Under the pieces are notes generated by a model. That model made no database searches, was not told the DNA's origin, and saw only the letters and a list, made by a program, of their open reading frames with translations. A program made the position numbers and the translations under genes. Source: Marsupella aquatica (lineage: Eukaryota > Plantae > Marchantiophyta). From it: a stretch of DNA of 64,000 nt. The stretch is taken from positions 5,675,708 through 5,739,707 of the forward strand of contig OZ316891.1 of NCBI GenBank assembly GCA_973895155.1, given 5' to 3'. Below are positions 23,109 to 36,100 of this stretch, piece after piece (the first letter of the stretch is position 1; the number at the start of each line of letters is the position of its first letter).

Positions 23109-26100
23109 ATGGCGGCGCTGTTGATGACCACTGCGGTCGCCTCTGGCTCTCAAACTGGATTTGATTCCTTGTTGCGCAATGAGCGCGAAGGCCGCCCTGG
23201 TGCCGTGGATCTTGGCACTATAGCAAGGGGTTCTTTTGGGATCGAGTTTGTTTCCAGATCAAGCTCTCATAGTGGATTCAAGTCCGGAAGGGGGGTCAGG
23301 TCTTTGAGTGTCAACTGGGAAACCAGTAGCTTATCAATCTCTGGGCTAAGGGCAATCCCGAAGGACAATGGTGGATATTCAAGTCTTTCATCTAAACTGC
23401 CCAATGATTTAAATCAGGCGGCTTCGTCGATGGCTATCTTTTCAAAGAGACCAGAGGAGAACTATTCTACGATGGTGACGGACGTCATAGAGAATGTAGA
23501 ATTTGAGAGGACGACTCTCAATGACACTAAGCAGACTAAGCAGACTAAGCAGACACAGAATGAAGTGTACACACCTGGAGTTTCAAACAGCAAGCATGAT
23601 GTATCTCGACTTCCACGGTTAGATTCAACACACCTGGTGATGGAGGGCCCAACCAAACCGGTCAGTGTCAGAGATTACATGGATTTGGCCCCTGAATATG
23701 TCCGAGCGAGTGATACAGGTCCTCCGCGGTGGTTCTGTCCAGTGGACACGGCAGGGTTCCCTCCGGATGCACCTATTCTTCTATTTCTTCCAGGTTCAGA
23801 TCTCTCTCATGATCTTCTCCTGACGTGTAATTGGCTTAATTACACTTTTCTGAAGCCTCTTACCTTGAAGGTATAGACTACAGAGTCTTAGCTGATCTTG
23901 CCCGTCTGCTCTCGAAAGCTTTCCGAACGGTTCTGCAAATTCGTTTCTTCTGTGTAATGATTCTAGAAAGAACTATTTTGATTCAGTTAGACACAATGAT
24001 CCTTTGATGTTACTTGTTTTACATACGTGAAGTATTTCGTATGACTCTGTTTCTTCCGGCAGGCATGGACAGTACTGGTTTGGGTCTTCTTCTTCATCAA
24101 AAGCAGCTTTCACGGTACATCGTCTCAGCGTTCTGAATCTTCTTTGTCTCACGTCACTGAGGGATGACATGTGCTGTCGAAAGGAAAAGAGTCCTTACTG
24201 TGAGAACGCATTTAATCATATTTTAAATAGCTTTTGACGTAGACCAGACCCTCTGAGGTCTTCACATCCGCAGTTACAACCACAATTGCATAAGCTTTGG
24301 CATCACAGCTCAAAGGCTCTGTCTGACGATCAAAATGCGACTCCGGGAGGAATTTTGGTTTCTCTGATTTAGATTCATTTGAGTGGACTCGTGTTACTTG
24401 CAAGGCTGTCCTACCTGAATTAGTAGTGTCAAGCTCAAGAAGGTTTCGTAAAGTACTAGTCTTTGATGGTAATTTTTGAGCGTGCTGAACAGCTTCTATT
24501 TGTAACTCTGTCATTTACAACTTCGTGAAACAGACTTTTCGAGGTGCAGATTCTTCATATTCCTATCAGTGATCGTACAAATTTTAATGGTAAGCATGAG
24601 TGTTCGAAAATGATGGGGTTGACCCCCCGTTAGTATTCTGCTTTAGAAATCAGAGGACTCGCAATTGTTGCCCACCAGACACATTAAGTTTTAAAGATAA
24701 GGAAAAATCTCAGCTTAAGTGCCTCGAAATTGCAGTGCTGGACTGTTGTATGATTCCTGCCAGCTGGCCAGCGATTTAAAGTCTAATCACGTTTATGGTA
24801 TCGGAAGAGAGTGTCATGTTGGTCCATGTAGAAGCTCTTCTTCCTTTACAATAGGTTAGCTTCCAGACAATGGAGACCCAGTCTTCCCAATTTCACAATC
24901 AGTCAACCTCTGGACATTCCCGTGTCTGCTGGTCCAAATTGTTTTGGAGATTTATCGTTTGCGAAAGCAGGAAATGACATGGGTTTGCTGGTCAACAGGG
25001 TTGATGGAAGTAGTAGAGAAGCGAATTCGAGACGAGTATAATCGGAAACCAGCACCTATCTATGTCATGGGGGAGTCCTTCGGAGGGGCTCTAGCTTTGT
25101 CGGTGGCTGCACGAAATCCAGACCTGGACATCGTCCTCGTCATCGCAAACCCTGGTACGTCGGATTCGTGGTCGGTTTACGACGATAGAACGCCAAGAAG
25201 AGTTCCAAGGAACTCTGCTGATATGTAGCGTGCCCTCATCTTGACCTTACTTGTGAAACTCCTGACATTGCGCTAGGATTTTCTGGCTCTGTTACAGCCG
25301 CTTCCTTTTCTGGTGGTCTAGTTCGTTTGAGGACCTTCTAGAGCGAACAGAGGACTTCGGTGTCATCAAGTAATTTGCGTGAAGTTTTTTTAATGATTTT
25401 TAGAAATTTTGTAAACTGTGCAGCGACGTGTTTTGAGAGTAGTCCTCTTCAACCGTTCATACCTCTGTTGCAATGGATACCAGACGAGATCTTTCACGTT
25501 ACCCCTTATCTACTGAGCTTCACTATGGGTATGTTCTAAGCCATACTTCGATACTGCAAGACATGACGAATTGTGTTAGTGTAGGAAATGCGCTTGAGTG
25601 CACTTTCGATGCTTTGCTTCATTCCCCTACTCTACTCTGAACAGGTATACTTGCAGATGATCAGTAGTACTCTGCAATTCGAGTTTGATTCTGTAGTTGT
25701 TTTTTTAATCTGGCTCACAATATTTAGCCTTTCAAAACTGTCGTTGACGCAGGTGATCCTGTTAGAATGGCATCAGCGAGTGTGGACAGTGATCTTCCCC
25801 CTTGGGAGAGGATACCGAAGGTGGCGTTAGCAATGAGGGACCTCCTCCCCACCCTTCCAGTAAGGTTCCCACCTGCTCATGGGAAGGCTTCGACTCATCA
25901 CGGCAAATTACTTGAAAATCCTTTTGGTTTACATCAATTATGAAAATGCATCGCAAGAATCGAAGAAACTTTATTTGACCGCTCGGTAGAGGATTGTGAA
26001 TTTCACCCTCAAGTGCTATGGTTTCGTGTTGAAGTCTTGGAACTCTTCTGCTTGTAGGTACTCGCAGACGTAATGCCAAGGGAGTTAATCAAGTGGAAGA

Positions 26101-29100
26101 TCAGGTTGCTCGCTGACGGTGCTAAGTATGCAAATGCTCGCCTGCGGCATATAAAGTGTGATATCCTATTACTTGCAAGGTACAGATTTGAATTCCATTA
26201 TCGTGGTTTAAGGAATGTATTAGAAGTTTCAAAAGTGGAAGATTTGTGATATCTAGTATCCACTCAGTGTGCTTATTTGAACAAAACAATAGTCCAAAGA
26301 ATAGAACACTTCCATGGGTTGCGTATTGGATAGTCATTAAGTTATTTTCTGCAGTGGGAAAGATCAAATGATACCGAGTGCGGACGAAGCTAGGAGGATT
26401 AAGAAGTTACTTCCGAATACAAAAGTACGCTACTTCCCAAACAGTGGTCACACGCTGTTGTTGGTAAGTTCCAGTCAACCTGGCGCATTCGTGAAGGCAT
26501 TTGGCTGAAGGTCTTTCTCGGTTAATATCCACATTTGGTGAACAGCCTTTTCATTCATGAGCTGTGAATTCTTGAGATGCGGCTTCTCTACTTTCTTTTG
26601 GTGGACGTTGTGCCCAGAAGGAGTGCACGTACGGGAATAATAATCCTTGACGGCTCTGGCCTAGGCCGCTGCAATGCTTTATAGGCAAATTTCATATACA
26701 AATTGTATGTTAAGCACGGATACAATTAACGTTTATGGCCATTTGTGTATGCAGGAAGATGGATTGGATATAGCATCACTAATTAAAAAGACCCATATGT
26801 TACGGCATAAAAAATATAAGAAGTATGATCCCGTGAACGACTACAGATATCCTACTGGAGAGGAAATAGCAGATGCCCGCAGAGGTGCAAGGTAAGTGTT
26901 TGGTTTCCTATTCTATTCGAATCAGTTGAGATCACGAGAATCCAATTGGCATCCCTGTGTTTGTACGTCCCTTCGAGGGTAGTGCGAATAGGGAAAGCGA
27001 TTGTAGACAGTGTTGACCCGGTTTTGAGCTTGTTTTGACAAAATTCTGTGTTACTCTCCATCTAGAGTGGTCTTCTTACGGGTCTTCAAGAACTGTGCTG
27101 CCTTAAAGGTCGACAGAACTTTTGTCCTCTGCTCGTTTCTCTCTATAGTTGATATTGTCATCTGAAATCTTGTGCAGAATCATTCATCAAGTTACCAGCC
27201 CAATCTTTTTAACCAGAGAGAATGGAAAAGTACGGAAAGGTTTGCCACAACTTCCGAAGGGCCGGCCGATGCTATTTGTAAGCAACCACACCCTGATTGG
27301 GTTTGATCTCGGACTAGTGGTGGAGGAAGTTTTGGATAAAAAGGGTATTTTGCTACGCGGGCTTGCACACCCGCTGCTGAACGTAGAACCGGACGGTGTG
27401 GAAGAGAGTCCTGCAACCGAAATTTTCAAATTATTTGGTACTGTTCCCGTCTCTGGAAGCAATCTTTACAAGGTACTTGCCAGAGGCGAGGCTGCACTGC
27501 TCTACCCGGGGGGTGTACGGGAAGCCCTGAAGAAAAAGGTAATTACAAGATTTAACCAGGAGGCAAGAGTCTTTAGGCCAGAGTGACTTACATTAGTTGG
27601 CTAGCAAGGTGAACATGGGGTTTAGTAAATTTCCAGGATTGAGTACATCGTGTGTGTTTGTGACCCTCTTTGGTTTGTTTTTTATTGGGAGCATTTATAA
27701 CGAATTTCCCTTTTTGCAGGGTGAGGCGTATAAGTTGTTCTGGTCTGATTCGGCAGAATTCGTCAGAACAGCAATCCGTCATGGGGCGACCATTGTACCT
27801 TTTGCTTCTGTCGGCGGAGACGATATCGTTGAGGTGAGTTCAGTCTTAGGAGTCTGCTGCAACATTAGAGTAGGAAGAGCTCGGTGGTAATGATTTACTT
27901 TCTGCCTTTTTTGCACTCCCAATCTCATAGCAGCTCTATCAACAATAACTTGTTGTGTCTGAACAACACCTGGGGTGAACGGATGTACGTATGTGAAGCA
28001 TGACGGATTCAAATGAGCTGTTCGACCAGACTTTGAAAGTGATTTGTTCAGCGTGTAGAGGATGATTTGAAAGCTAGGGCTGGGATTTCATCTTTTATTA
28101 TCTCAAATTTGACAATAAAATTGTTGGTTGGTTGTAATTCAGATACTCTTGGACAGTGACGATCTTCTAAATATTCCCGTATTGAATGAGTATTTCAAAC
28201 AATACGCAAACCAACAGCCTGCTGCACGGTACATCCTTTTCGCTACCAAGCTATCATGGTTTTGAATATCTGCTGAAACTTGAGACTTCTCGGAGCCTCA
28301 TGCACCCGACTCTAATGTCCCTGTAATCATCGGTTCGGACTCTTACAGGACGACAGGAACTGGAGAAGTGACAAAGGAGGTCTTTATCACCCCGTTGGGA
28401 TATCCCAAGTCCCCTCCTCGCTTCTATTTTATGTTTAATCAACCGATTTCCACGGAAGGTATGTGTGAAGCCTCTTAGAATGTCTTTCGTGCAAGACTAT
28501 TGCCATTATGCTTGCATTGCGTAGGTTTCAATCTGGACCCCCTTAAAAGGAGAAACGATGCTGCTTTTCCTCAACCATTTCGTACACTCAGATGTCACCC
28601 AAGTGGATAACGTCCCTCTGCGTCACCTCCTTGCCTGCTGCTTCACTTGAGCGTCAAGGTGGACCCACGCTTATTGTTGTATCATACAATTTCATTTTCT
28701 GTCTCCCCTTATCTCCACCGGGGGAGTCATACTTTTAATCTAGCTTTCTTCCCTTTTTCCCCTTACTTTCTTGGGGTTTTGCTAGAGGTTTTCACCAGGT
28801 CCTCTCTGGACTCATTCCTCCAATTTTGCTTGTACTTTGTTTGGCCATTTCTAGTAAAGTTTCTGCTGTCATGTCTCATTTTTGAATTCTTTCAGTAGAT
28901 GTTCCACTTGTTATTAAGCATTGTTTGTACTTGACGATCTTGTTTCTCTGTCCCTTTATGAGGGTATTAAGTACTGACTCCGATCTGCCTCATTAACAAT
29001 GTCCCCGTCTTGTTGCAGGTATGCTTGATTCTATAAAAGATAGAGCTGTAACAGATCAACTCTACAGAAGGGTTCGAACGGACGTAGAATCGGGTTTGGA

Positions 29101-29203
29101 GTATCTAGTCCAAAAGAGAAATCAAGACCCATACAAGGATTTTCTCCCAAGAGTTCTGTACGAGGCAACGAACGACGTACAAGCACCGACCTTCGACTTT
29201 TAG
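23109..29203 (+). CDS. PES: Phytyl ester synthase-like esterase/lipase/thioesterase with a DGAT2-type acyltransferase domain; probably plastid-targeted; 14 coding exons
   Basis: Exons 23109-23793, 24063-24114, 24534-24589, 24999-25154, 25424-25528, 25753-25859, 26058-26179, 26355-26463, 26755-26891, 27178-27538, 27720-27833, 28143-28228, 28349-28458 and 29019-29203. Motifs: DTGPPRWFCP, LFLPGMD, GESFG nucleophile, SGHTLL, LLRGLAHP, LLYPGGVREA, and the C-terminal QAPTFDF. The N-terminus is Ser-rich and transit-peptide-like. Confidence 0.93.
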
Positions 29204-30146
29204 ATAGTACTTCTATCTTACTTTTGCTCCAATTAGCGCAATTGTGGCTCCCCACTTCCGTTTGGGGATGATAATTTATACACTACATGGTCACCCAGAG
29301 TAGCGAGCTAGCTCCTGTCCAGGTCTCTGGGCCTGGCCGCCCAGGATGTGGGTCTGCAACTGTCCCTATCCATTTTTGGCTAATTACCTGCTCCGGTCTT
29401 CTGTGACGCAATTTGAAATGTACGATTATTTGATGTAAGAGGTGAAGGTATTCATTGCTCTTCATCACCAACCTGGGAGATAATGACCCAAGACAAGTCT
29501 CGTGGGTGGTGGTCTGTTTGTCGATGGTGAAAACGTCTCGTCTCATACTATTGACAAATTGTGCTGATCGGCTGGGACCGAATTTTTTATGCTTTCCTCT
29601 GATTTTAGATGATCTTGTAGCATTCCAACAAGATTTCCTTAGCTCTAGACCAGAATGTGATTGATATTAGAGAATTGGTGTGCCATCTCCTGAAAGCTGC
29701 AACCGCAGTTGTCCTTCTCTGTTTTCGTGATTTCCCAATCAATGACAGTAATTTCTGTCTTTGTGTGAATGTCACGATCCACATTGAAATCTATGAAATT
29801 AAACTTTTGCTGTGGGGAGTTTGCCCAGCATAACGTTTGAAAACGAAAAAGGCCCTTTAAACTGAAGGAGAGTTAACAACGAAGACTAAGAAGGCATAAC
29901 TCTCAAATCTGCAAGACATTCACTCATTTACACATTGAATAGACTATTTAAATGTAAGAAACGTCCTTTGTCACTCCTTACCTATGGTAGCTCTACTTTT
30001 ATAAGCCCAGATACTATCCATACTTCTAATCGTATGCCTGGGTGCGATCTCCATTCTCGGTTGGCATTCTCGGAAACCCTGCTGCTTGCTTGGATAGCAC
30101 TATTTGTACAAGATATAAATTCTTCTCGCCGAAATAATCTGTCGTC

Positions 30147-30683
30147 AACATGCCCCATTCCTAAAACGATCTCCGAAATCTTTCGTCGAGAGCTGATGGG
30201 TTGCGCAGAAGTACGGTGATTCTTTCCCCCACTAGTCCAGTGCATCCTAGTGCCCGGTAGCTGCGCTTTCTGTAGGGCGAGTTTCCTGCTCTGGAAGAAG
30301 TGTGTCTGCTGGGCAGTGTTTCGAGAGAGATGTGAGCTCAAAGGATTGAGGGAAGGCGGGTGTTGGACTGGAGGATGGTAGCAACGAGGCTGGTTTAGTG
30401 ATGGTTGGAGCTCGACGGTGTGGCAATACCGATTGGGGAGGTTAATGGTGAGTGTGTGAGTCAGGGTGACGTGTTGTTGAGCTCGGCTGTGTGCATGCTG
30501 TTCAATCCCCGTCGGCCACACTTTGAGGAGATTGATCGGGCAGGCGGTGAGGAGATTGATTGATGTGAAGGGGGCTGAAGCGAAGCGAAGCGAATTGATA
30601 GGTATGGAGTGTGAATTCTTATGATGTTGTATTCATTGGCGAATTCAGAGGTATGGACTATGGAGGGTAGAGTCGTAGTGTGC
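30147..30683 (+). repeat. Second copy of the PES upstream leader, directly before the LRR gene
   Basis: Same collinear blocks as 22075-22573. Confidence 0.85.
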
Positions 30684-30742
30684 ACTAGCCTTCTGTGGTA
30701 CCACGGACAGGGCGAGTGGAACTTTGGAGGCGTCGGCAATTG

Positions 30743-33043
30743 ATGAATTCTTTAGTCGAAATGTGGAAGGGAAGCAGAGGTTCCATGCCTGAAACGAGTA
30801 GAGAGAAACCATGTTTGAGAAACTGGTGTTGGCATATTGCGACGATTCTGGCGGTGGTCTTGCTAAATCTATCCAATGCACGCTCCCTCTCTGATTACGA
30901 AGCTCTCCTCGGTTTCAAAGCTGGAATCAGTGAGGACCCACGGGCGTCCCTCGAAAATTGGCTGCCTGGGACCCAACACTGTAATTGGTATGGAGTCACA
31001 TGTGACAAGGGCACGGAGTCCGTCAGTAAACTTCAGCTTAGGTCAGGCCTAAGTGGTACGTTGGATCCTGCATTGGCCAGTCTGCAACAGCTGGTCGAAA
31101 TTGATTTGGAAGGAAACAACTTCTTTGGGGGTATTCCTGAAGCATTGGGTTCTCTCCCGAACTTGGTCAATTTCTTCCTTGGGAATAATCATCTTTCTGG
31201 TCAAGTACCGAAAGCCTTTGGCAAGATGGAGAACCTCGAGCAGCTTTCTTTGGGGGGAGGAAATGAGTTGTCTGGTCCCTTCCCACATGAGCTGTGCAAC
31301 CTTACCACGCTAAAACTGTTAGATTTAGGCCAGAATTTCATGGAAGGAGAGTTTCCATCGTGTATTGGAAACCTCACGAACTTGCAGGCGCTGGATCTTT
31401 CTTATTATTACATTACTGATGGGGCAGAAATAGCTGTCACTCTCAGCGGCCTCTCCAATTTACGGAGTTTGAACTTTTTTGGAATGGGCCTGTCAGGAAG
31501 TATTCCTGAATGGCTCGGATCTCTTTCGAAGTTAACTTATGTGGACCTACAATGGAACGCTCTTACTGGAGGCATTCCACCTTCTTTGAGAAACTTGGAG
31601 GAGCTCACCGTCCTTGAGCTTGGATCTAATGAGCTTACTGGAGAGATCCCTGAGTTTCTGGGGAAGATGTACAAGCTTCGCTCCCTCGGCCTTGGGTATA
31701 ACGGTCTTGTTGGGAAAATTCCGCCATCGTTGGGGAATTTGTCTCAACTGAATGATTTAAAGCTTCAGTTGAATGAGCTTGTTGGGGAAATTCCGTCTTC
31801 GTTGGGAGGCTTGCTGGAGTTATCAGAGTTAAACGTCGGTCTTAATAAACTCAGTGGACAAATTCCGACATCATTCGGTGCGCTGTCTAAGCTGACTTCT
31901 CTGGATGTGAAGTCCAATGCGATTGGAGGAATGATCCCAGATACATTGGGCAACTTGTCGGTGCTAAATTATCTGTATCTCTCACGGAATGCACTCATTG
32001 GAGAGATCCCGGATTCACTATGCAAGTTGGTGGAGCTGAAGTCTTTGAACCTGGATTTCAATAAGCTCACAGGGAAGATACCGTCATCCTTTGGGGATTT
32101 GTCAAGCCTGCTCTATCTCGATCTTCAATCCAACTTCCTGTCGGGAACAGTTCCGGAATCTTTTGGCAATCTCTCAATTGTCGACAACCTTTACTTGAGT
32201 AGGAACTATTTGGAAGGAAGATTACCTGTGTCTCTGTTTAACTTACCAGATCTCTTTCATCTTGACCTCAGCTACAACCAATTCGAGGAACTTCCAAAGT
32301 GTTTGTGCAACTTGTCGTCAATCATATCTCTTGCATTGCAGTATAATTCTCTCACAGGACCCTTGCCGATGTGCTTGGACGAGCTACCAAATCTGCGTGA
32401 CCTGGACCTCAGTTCTAACAGGCTTAGTGGGCATTTAACGTGTCTTGGCGATAGCAATAACATGTCACAGTTACTGACCTTGAATCTGTCTTCGAATATC
32501 ATTAGAGGTGGTATACCAGCATCTTTATCAGCTCTGCCAAAGTTGAGTGTTCTTGATTTGTCCCAGAATGAGCTGGGTGGAGAAATGCCGAACTCTCTGG
32601 GAGCGTTGTCAACTTTGACTTACCTTGGTCTGAGGTGTACCAACCTCACTGGTCCCATTCCTGCGACCGTTGGTAGTCTTTATTCGTTGAAGTCGCTCGA
32701 CATTTCTAGGAATAAGCTCGAGGGCTCCATTCCAGGGAGTTTAGCAAACCTGTCCAAGCTTGAATCATTGGATTTGTCCACCAACAAGTTGTCGGGACCT
32801 ATCCGATTAGAGCTTGCATCGTCGTTGACCGCTTTGAAGTTTTTGAATCTGTCCTACAACTCTTTATCAGGCTCAATACCTCAAGGATCCCACTTTTCTT
32901 CATTTGGGCCATCGTCCTTTGAAGGAAACCCCGAGCTCTGTGGGCATCCTCTGCCTCCATGTTCACTGGCCTTTACCTCCGAGGTTGAATGTTTGCTTGG
33001 TCCTAGGTCAGCTGATCTCGTTGTAAGACCCAGAGATTTATAG
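30743..33043 (+). CDS. Intronless extracellular LRR protein (receptor-like/PGIP-like) with no TM or kinase domain
   Basis: Signal-like ILAVVLLNLSNA, an LRRNT_2 cap (ALLGFKAGI..L.NW....HCNWYGVTC), roughly 25 LxxLxLxxNxLxGxIP repeats, and the C-cap FEGNPELCGHPLPPC. The start could be ATG 30743, 30761 or 30785. AATAAA lies at ~33099. Confidence 0.9.
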   Translation: MNSLVEMWKGSRGSMPETSREKPCLRNWCWHIATILAVVLLNLSNARSLSDYEALLGFKAGISEDPRASLENWLPGTQHCNWYGVTCDKGTESVSKLQLRSGLSGTLDPALASLQQLVEIDLEGNNFFGGIPEALGSLPNLVNFFLGNNHLSGQVPKAFGKMENLEQLSLGGGNELSGPFPHELCNLTTLKLLDLGQNFMEGEFPSCIGNLTNLQALDLSYYYITDGAEIAVTLSGLSNLRSLNFFGMGLSGSIPEWLGSLSKLTYVDLQWNALTGGIPPSLRNLEELTVLELGSNELTGEIPEFLGKMYKLRSLGLGYNGLVGKIPPSLGNLSQLNDLKLQLNELVGEIPSSLGGLLELSELNVGLNKLSGQIPTSFGALSKLTSLDVKSNAIGGMIPDTLGNLSVLNYLYLSRNALIGEIPDSLCKLVELKSLNLDFNKLTGKIPSSFGDLSSLLYLDLQSNFLSGTVPESFGNLSIVDNLYLSRNYLEGRLPVSLFNLPDLFHLDLSYNQFEELPKCLCNLSSIISLALQYNSLTGPLPMCLDELPNLRDLDLSSNRLSGHLTCLGDSNNMSQLLTLNLSSNIIRGGIPASLSALPKLSVLDLSQNELGGEMPNSLGALSTLTYLGLRCTNLTGPIPATVGSLYSLKSLDISRNKLEGSIPGSLANLSKLESLDLSTNKLSGPIRLELASSLTALKFLNLSYNSLSGSIPQGSHFSSFGPSSFEGNPELCGHPLPPCSLAFTSEVECLLGPRSADLVVRPRDL

Positions 33044-33126
33044 ATCTGCTTACGATCTTATTGTTTTCCCGGCACTGGTGAAAGTGCCAAAATGCTGCAA
33101 TAAAGCAAGGTGGTACTCATATTATT

Positions 33127-36100
33127 CCTTGAATCGTTTTAAATTTTTATAAAATTTTGGCCACGCAAACCCCGTGGCGGAGGGAACAATCAGGATCCAA
33201 AGGCAGAACACCCTAACAGCCCAGCCAAGCAACGTACCACAAGCAGAGGCAAGCACAGCAATCAAGCACAAGTACCCGCAGAGCAGCAAGGGGCATCTCC
33301 CACTCAGCCACCAGCAGGCACCGAGCAGAATCAGCTTAGCCCGATGAGATCCATATATCCCTACGACCCAGCCATTCTAGTCTTTCCCTATTTATCATTT
33401 CCTTAGCATGTAACAGTCTTGTTTACCTATTGCACAATGGTAATGTAAGCAGTATAGCAGAAACGTGATCTGCTGCCTCTGATAGTATGAATCTAAAGTC
33501 CATTTTCCTGGTCCCACTCTCCTGAAACATGTGTTCATTACGTCCCAGCCACAAGGTCCACAACATCTGATAGAGAACCACCATCCTTACCGTTTTGTGG
33601 TGGTGTTTGCCAATTGCTGAGTCCACCATTCCAATCAGCCCTCCCGTATATCCAGCCAGCATACCACCAAAGCTCAGTGAACAAAGGGCCCAGCATTTCT
33701 GTGGGTGTGAGCACTCAAGAAATAAGTGTGGAATTGTTTCCAGTTTCCCAGGGCAGAGCTTGCATTCCCCACTGCCCTTGCCAATCTTAACAGCCCTCAC
33801 CCCAGTGAACATCCCTGACGCAATTACTCGACACATAAAGGTCTTCACTCTCATTGCCATTCCTGAACCCCATATGCCCATCCAGTATTTTGTCGTGCAC
33901 ATACATATCGTTACACAACATACATCGCTTGTCACACATATCCAAGCATAGTCACAATCTAACGACACAAACCTAAGAGAATGATCTACAAATGGAACCC
34001 ATGTCCATACATGCCCAAAATCCACAATAATCTTCTTCAATAGTGTAAATCGAACAACGATTGGTGCTAGTCCAACAACGATCCCATCCGACGCGATCAC
34101 ACATGTATGTCAAGCCCAACGCACCTTGTGCTTCAAGGAATCCACGTTACATGCACACAACCTGGTCAGCCACACCATAGCCACCAAGCTCATGCTCAAA
34201 GGCTCAACATTGAAAGATGAGGCCTTTGAGCCAACACAGGGGGATAACTATCCCTCACACCAACTCAAACTAAACACAATGCTCATATAGCACACATACA
34301 AAACCTCTATACCTAGATAGTATGATATACTTTACTACCACTCTAAATGGTGTGACAATTTGTTTCAGTCCAACTCAGACTTGCCTTTCCCCCATGTCCT
34401 GTTCAGAGATTGTGAATCGCTAATCACCGGTCTGAGCAACCGATATGCTCGTCTATCAGGGATCCTAAAGCATCTCATGGGAACAGGTTGATCAGCCCAG
34501 CACCAGCTGCTAGGGCCAGGTTCTGCCCCCCCCACTCACATAGTGGAATGTCTTGCAGTGCGTCAATGAATTTACGTCCTAAACTCCGTTGCAGAGTTGT
34601 AATCCCCCTCAGATGCTCCCATCTCCCTTCCAGCATTCGCCATTCCATTCCTTCCTCCGACCATAGATCCTGTATGCTCCTAATACCCAAGCGCCCGCAA
34701 ATCACAGTAGTTGCCTCCCGATCTGCATTGCTCCATGTCTGGAAGCCCTTCATACACCTGAGCACGTCCCCCACCGACCACCGTCCAGGTATCCTCTCCG
34801 TTGGACAGAAGATCAAACTTGCCCGAAGGAGCTCCCATGCTTTCCACAGCCCACCCGTGTAGGCTAAACCGTGCAACGCTCCCAGATTGCATAGCAGCAT
34901 CTTGTCCCAAAAGGAATAGTTGTTCCTTCTCACCACCCTGAAGTTTGTCCACCCTATCAGGTTTAGGTTCTCAGCAAACATGCAGGCCCATTCCGAGTCC
35001 GGGAAGTCAATCGCACTAGTAAACCATTTAGCCAACAGCGCATCCGAGTGGCTACGGAAGTCCTTGATACCTAGCCCCCCCTCCGTCTGAGGTCGAGAGA
35101 TCCTGGCCCAAGATACCAGAGGTAACCTACGGCCCCCCTCCGCATTGTATCCCCACAAGAAATCTCTGCAAAGTGTTGTCATTTTCCTAGCCAAACCATT
35201 TGATGCTTTAAGAAACATAGAGTGATAAATCGTAATTGCCTGTAATATGTGACGTACCAACAGTACCCTACCAGTGAATGTCAGCATCTTATTTGCCCAT
35301 GATGACAACCGTAGTCCAATCTTGTCAAGAACAAAGCAGTGAAGCTGCTCAGTCTTCAGGTTCACTCCCAATGGCGCCCCCAGATATTTCTGCAGCTCTC
35401 CCCTTGCGCTTATCACACAGCCAGTTTCCCTTAGCCATCTCGGAATTTCCCCCAGCACAATAGGAATCACCATATATTTCTTCAAGTTAAGTCGGGCCCC
35501 CGTGGCCACTTCGTAACATTCAATCACTTTAGTTACCTGATGAAAACTCGTCTCAGTTGCCGGGATGAACATTCCCAGATCATCCGCAAAAAAACGATAA
35601 CAAATATTTAGTGCCTCAGATACCTGTATCCCAGCTAGTTGGCCCGCAGCAAGCTCAGCATTCATGAGATCCATTAATGGCTGTGTGGAGATGACAAATA
35701 GGAGTGGCAAAAGGGGGCATCCCTGTCTGACTGCCCTCTTTAAACCAATCTCCATCGAGCATTCCATTCAAGTGTACCATCGACGTTGCATTCGAGAGCA
35801 GTGCCTGCACCAGTTTAATAAAATTGCTGCTAATTCCTAAGAGATGCATTGTCTCCCATATGTAGTCATGCTCAACTCTATCAAATGCCTTCTCGAAATC
35901 TAGCTTAAGGAAAAGAGCCTCTTGCTTCCTATTTTTCAGCCAGTCGATCATTAACCAAGCTAACAAAATATTCTCAAGAATGTTTCTCCCAGGGATAAAG
36001 TCTGTCTGTTGCGGACTAATGAGCTTGGGCAGAATTGCAATCAGTCTGAGTGCCAAGATCTTAGCAATCAGCTTGTAGATGGTGTTCAACATGGTTAACG

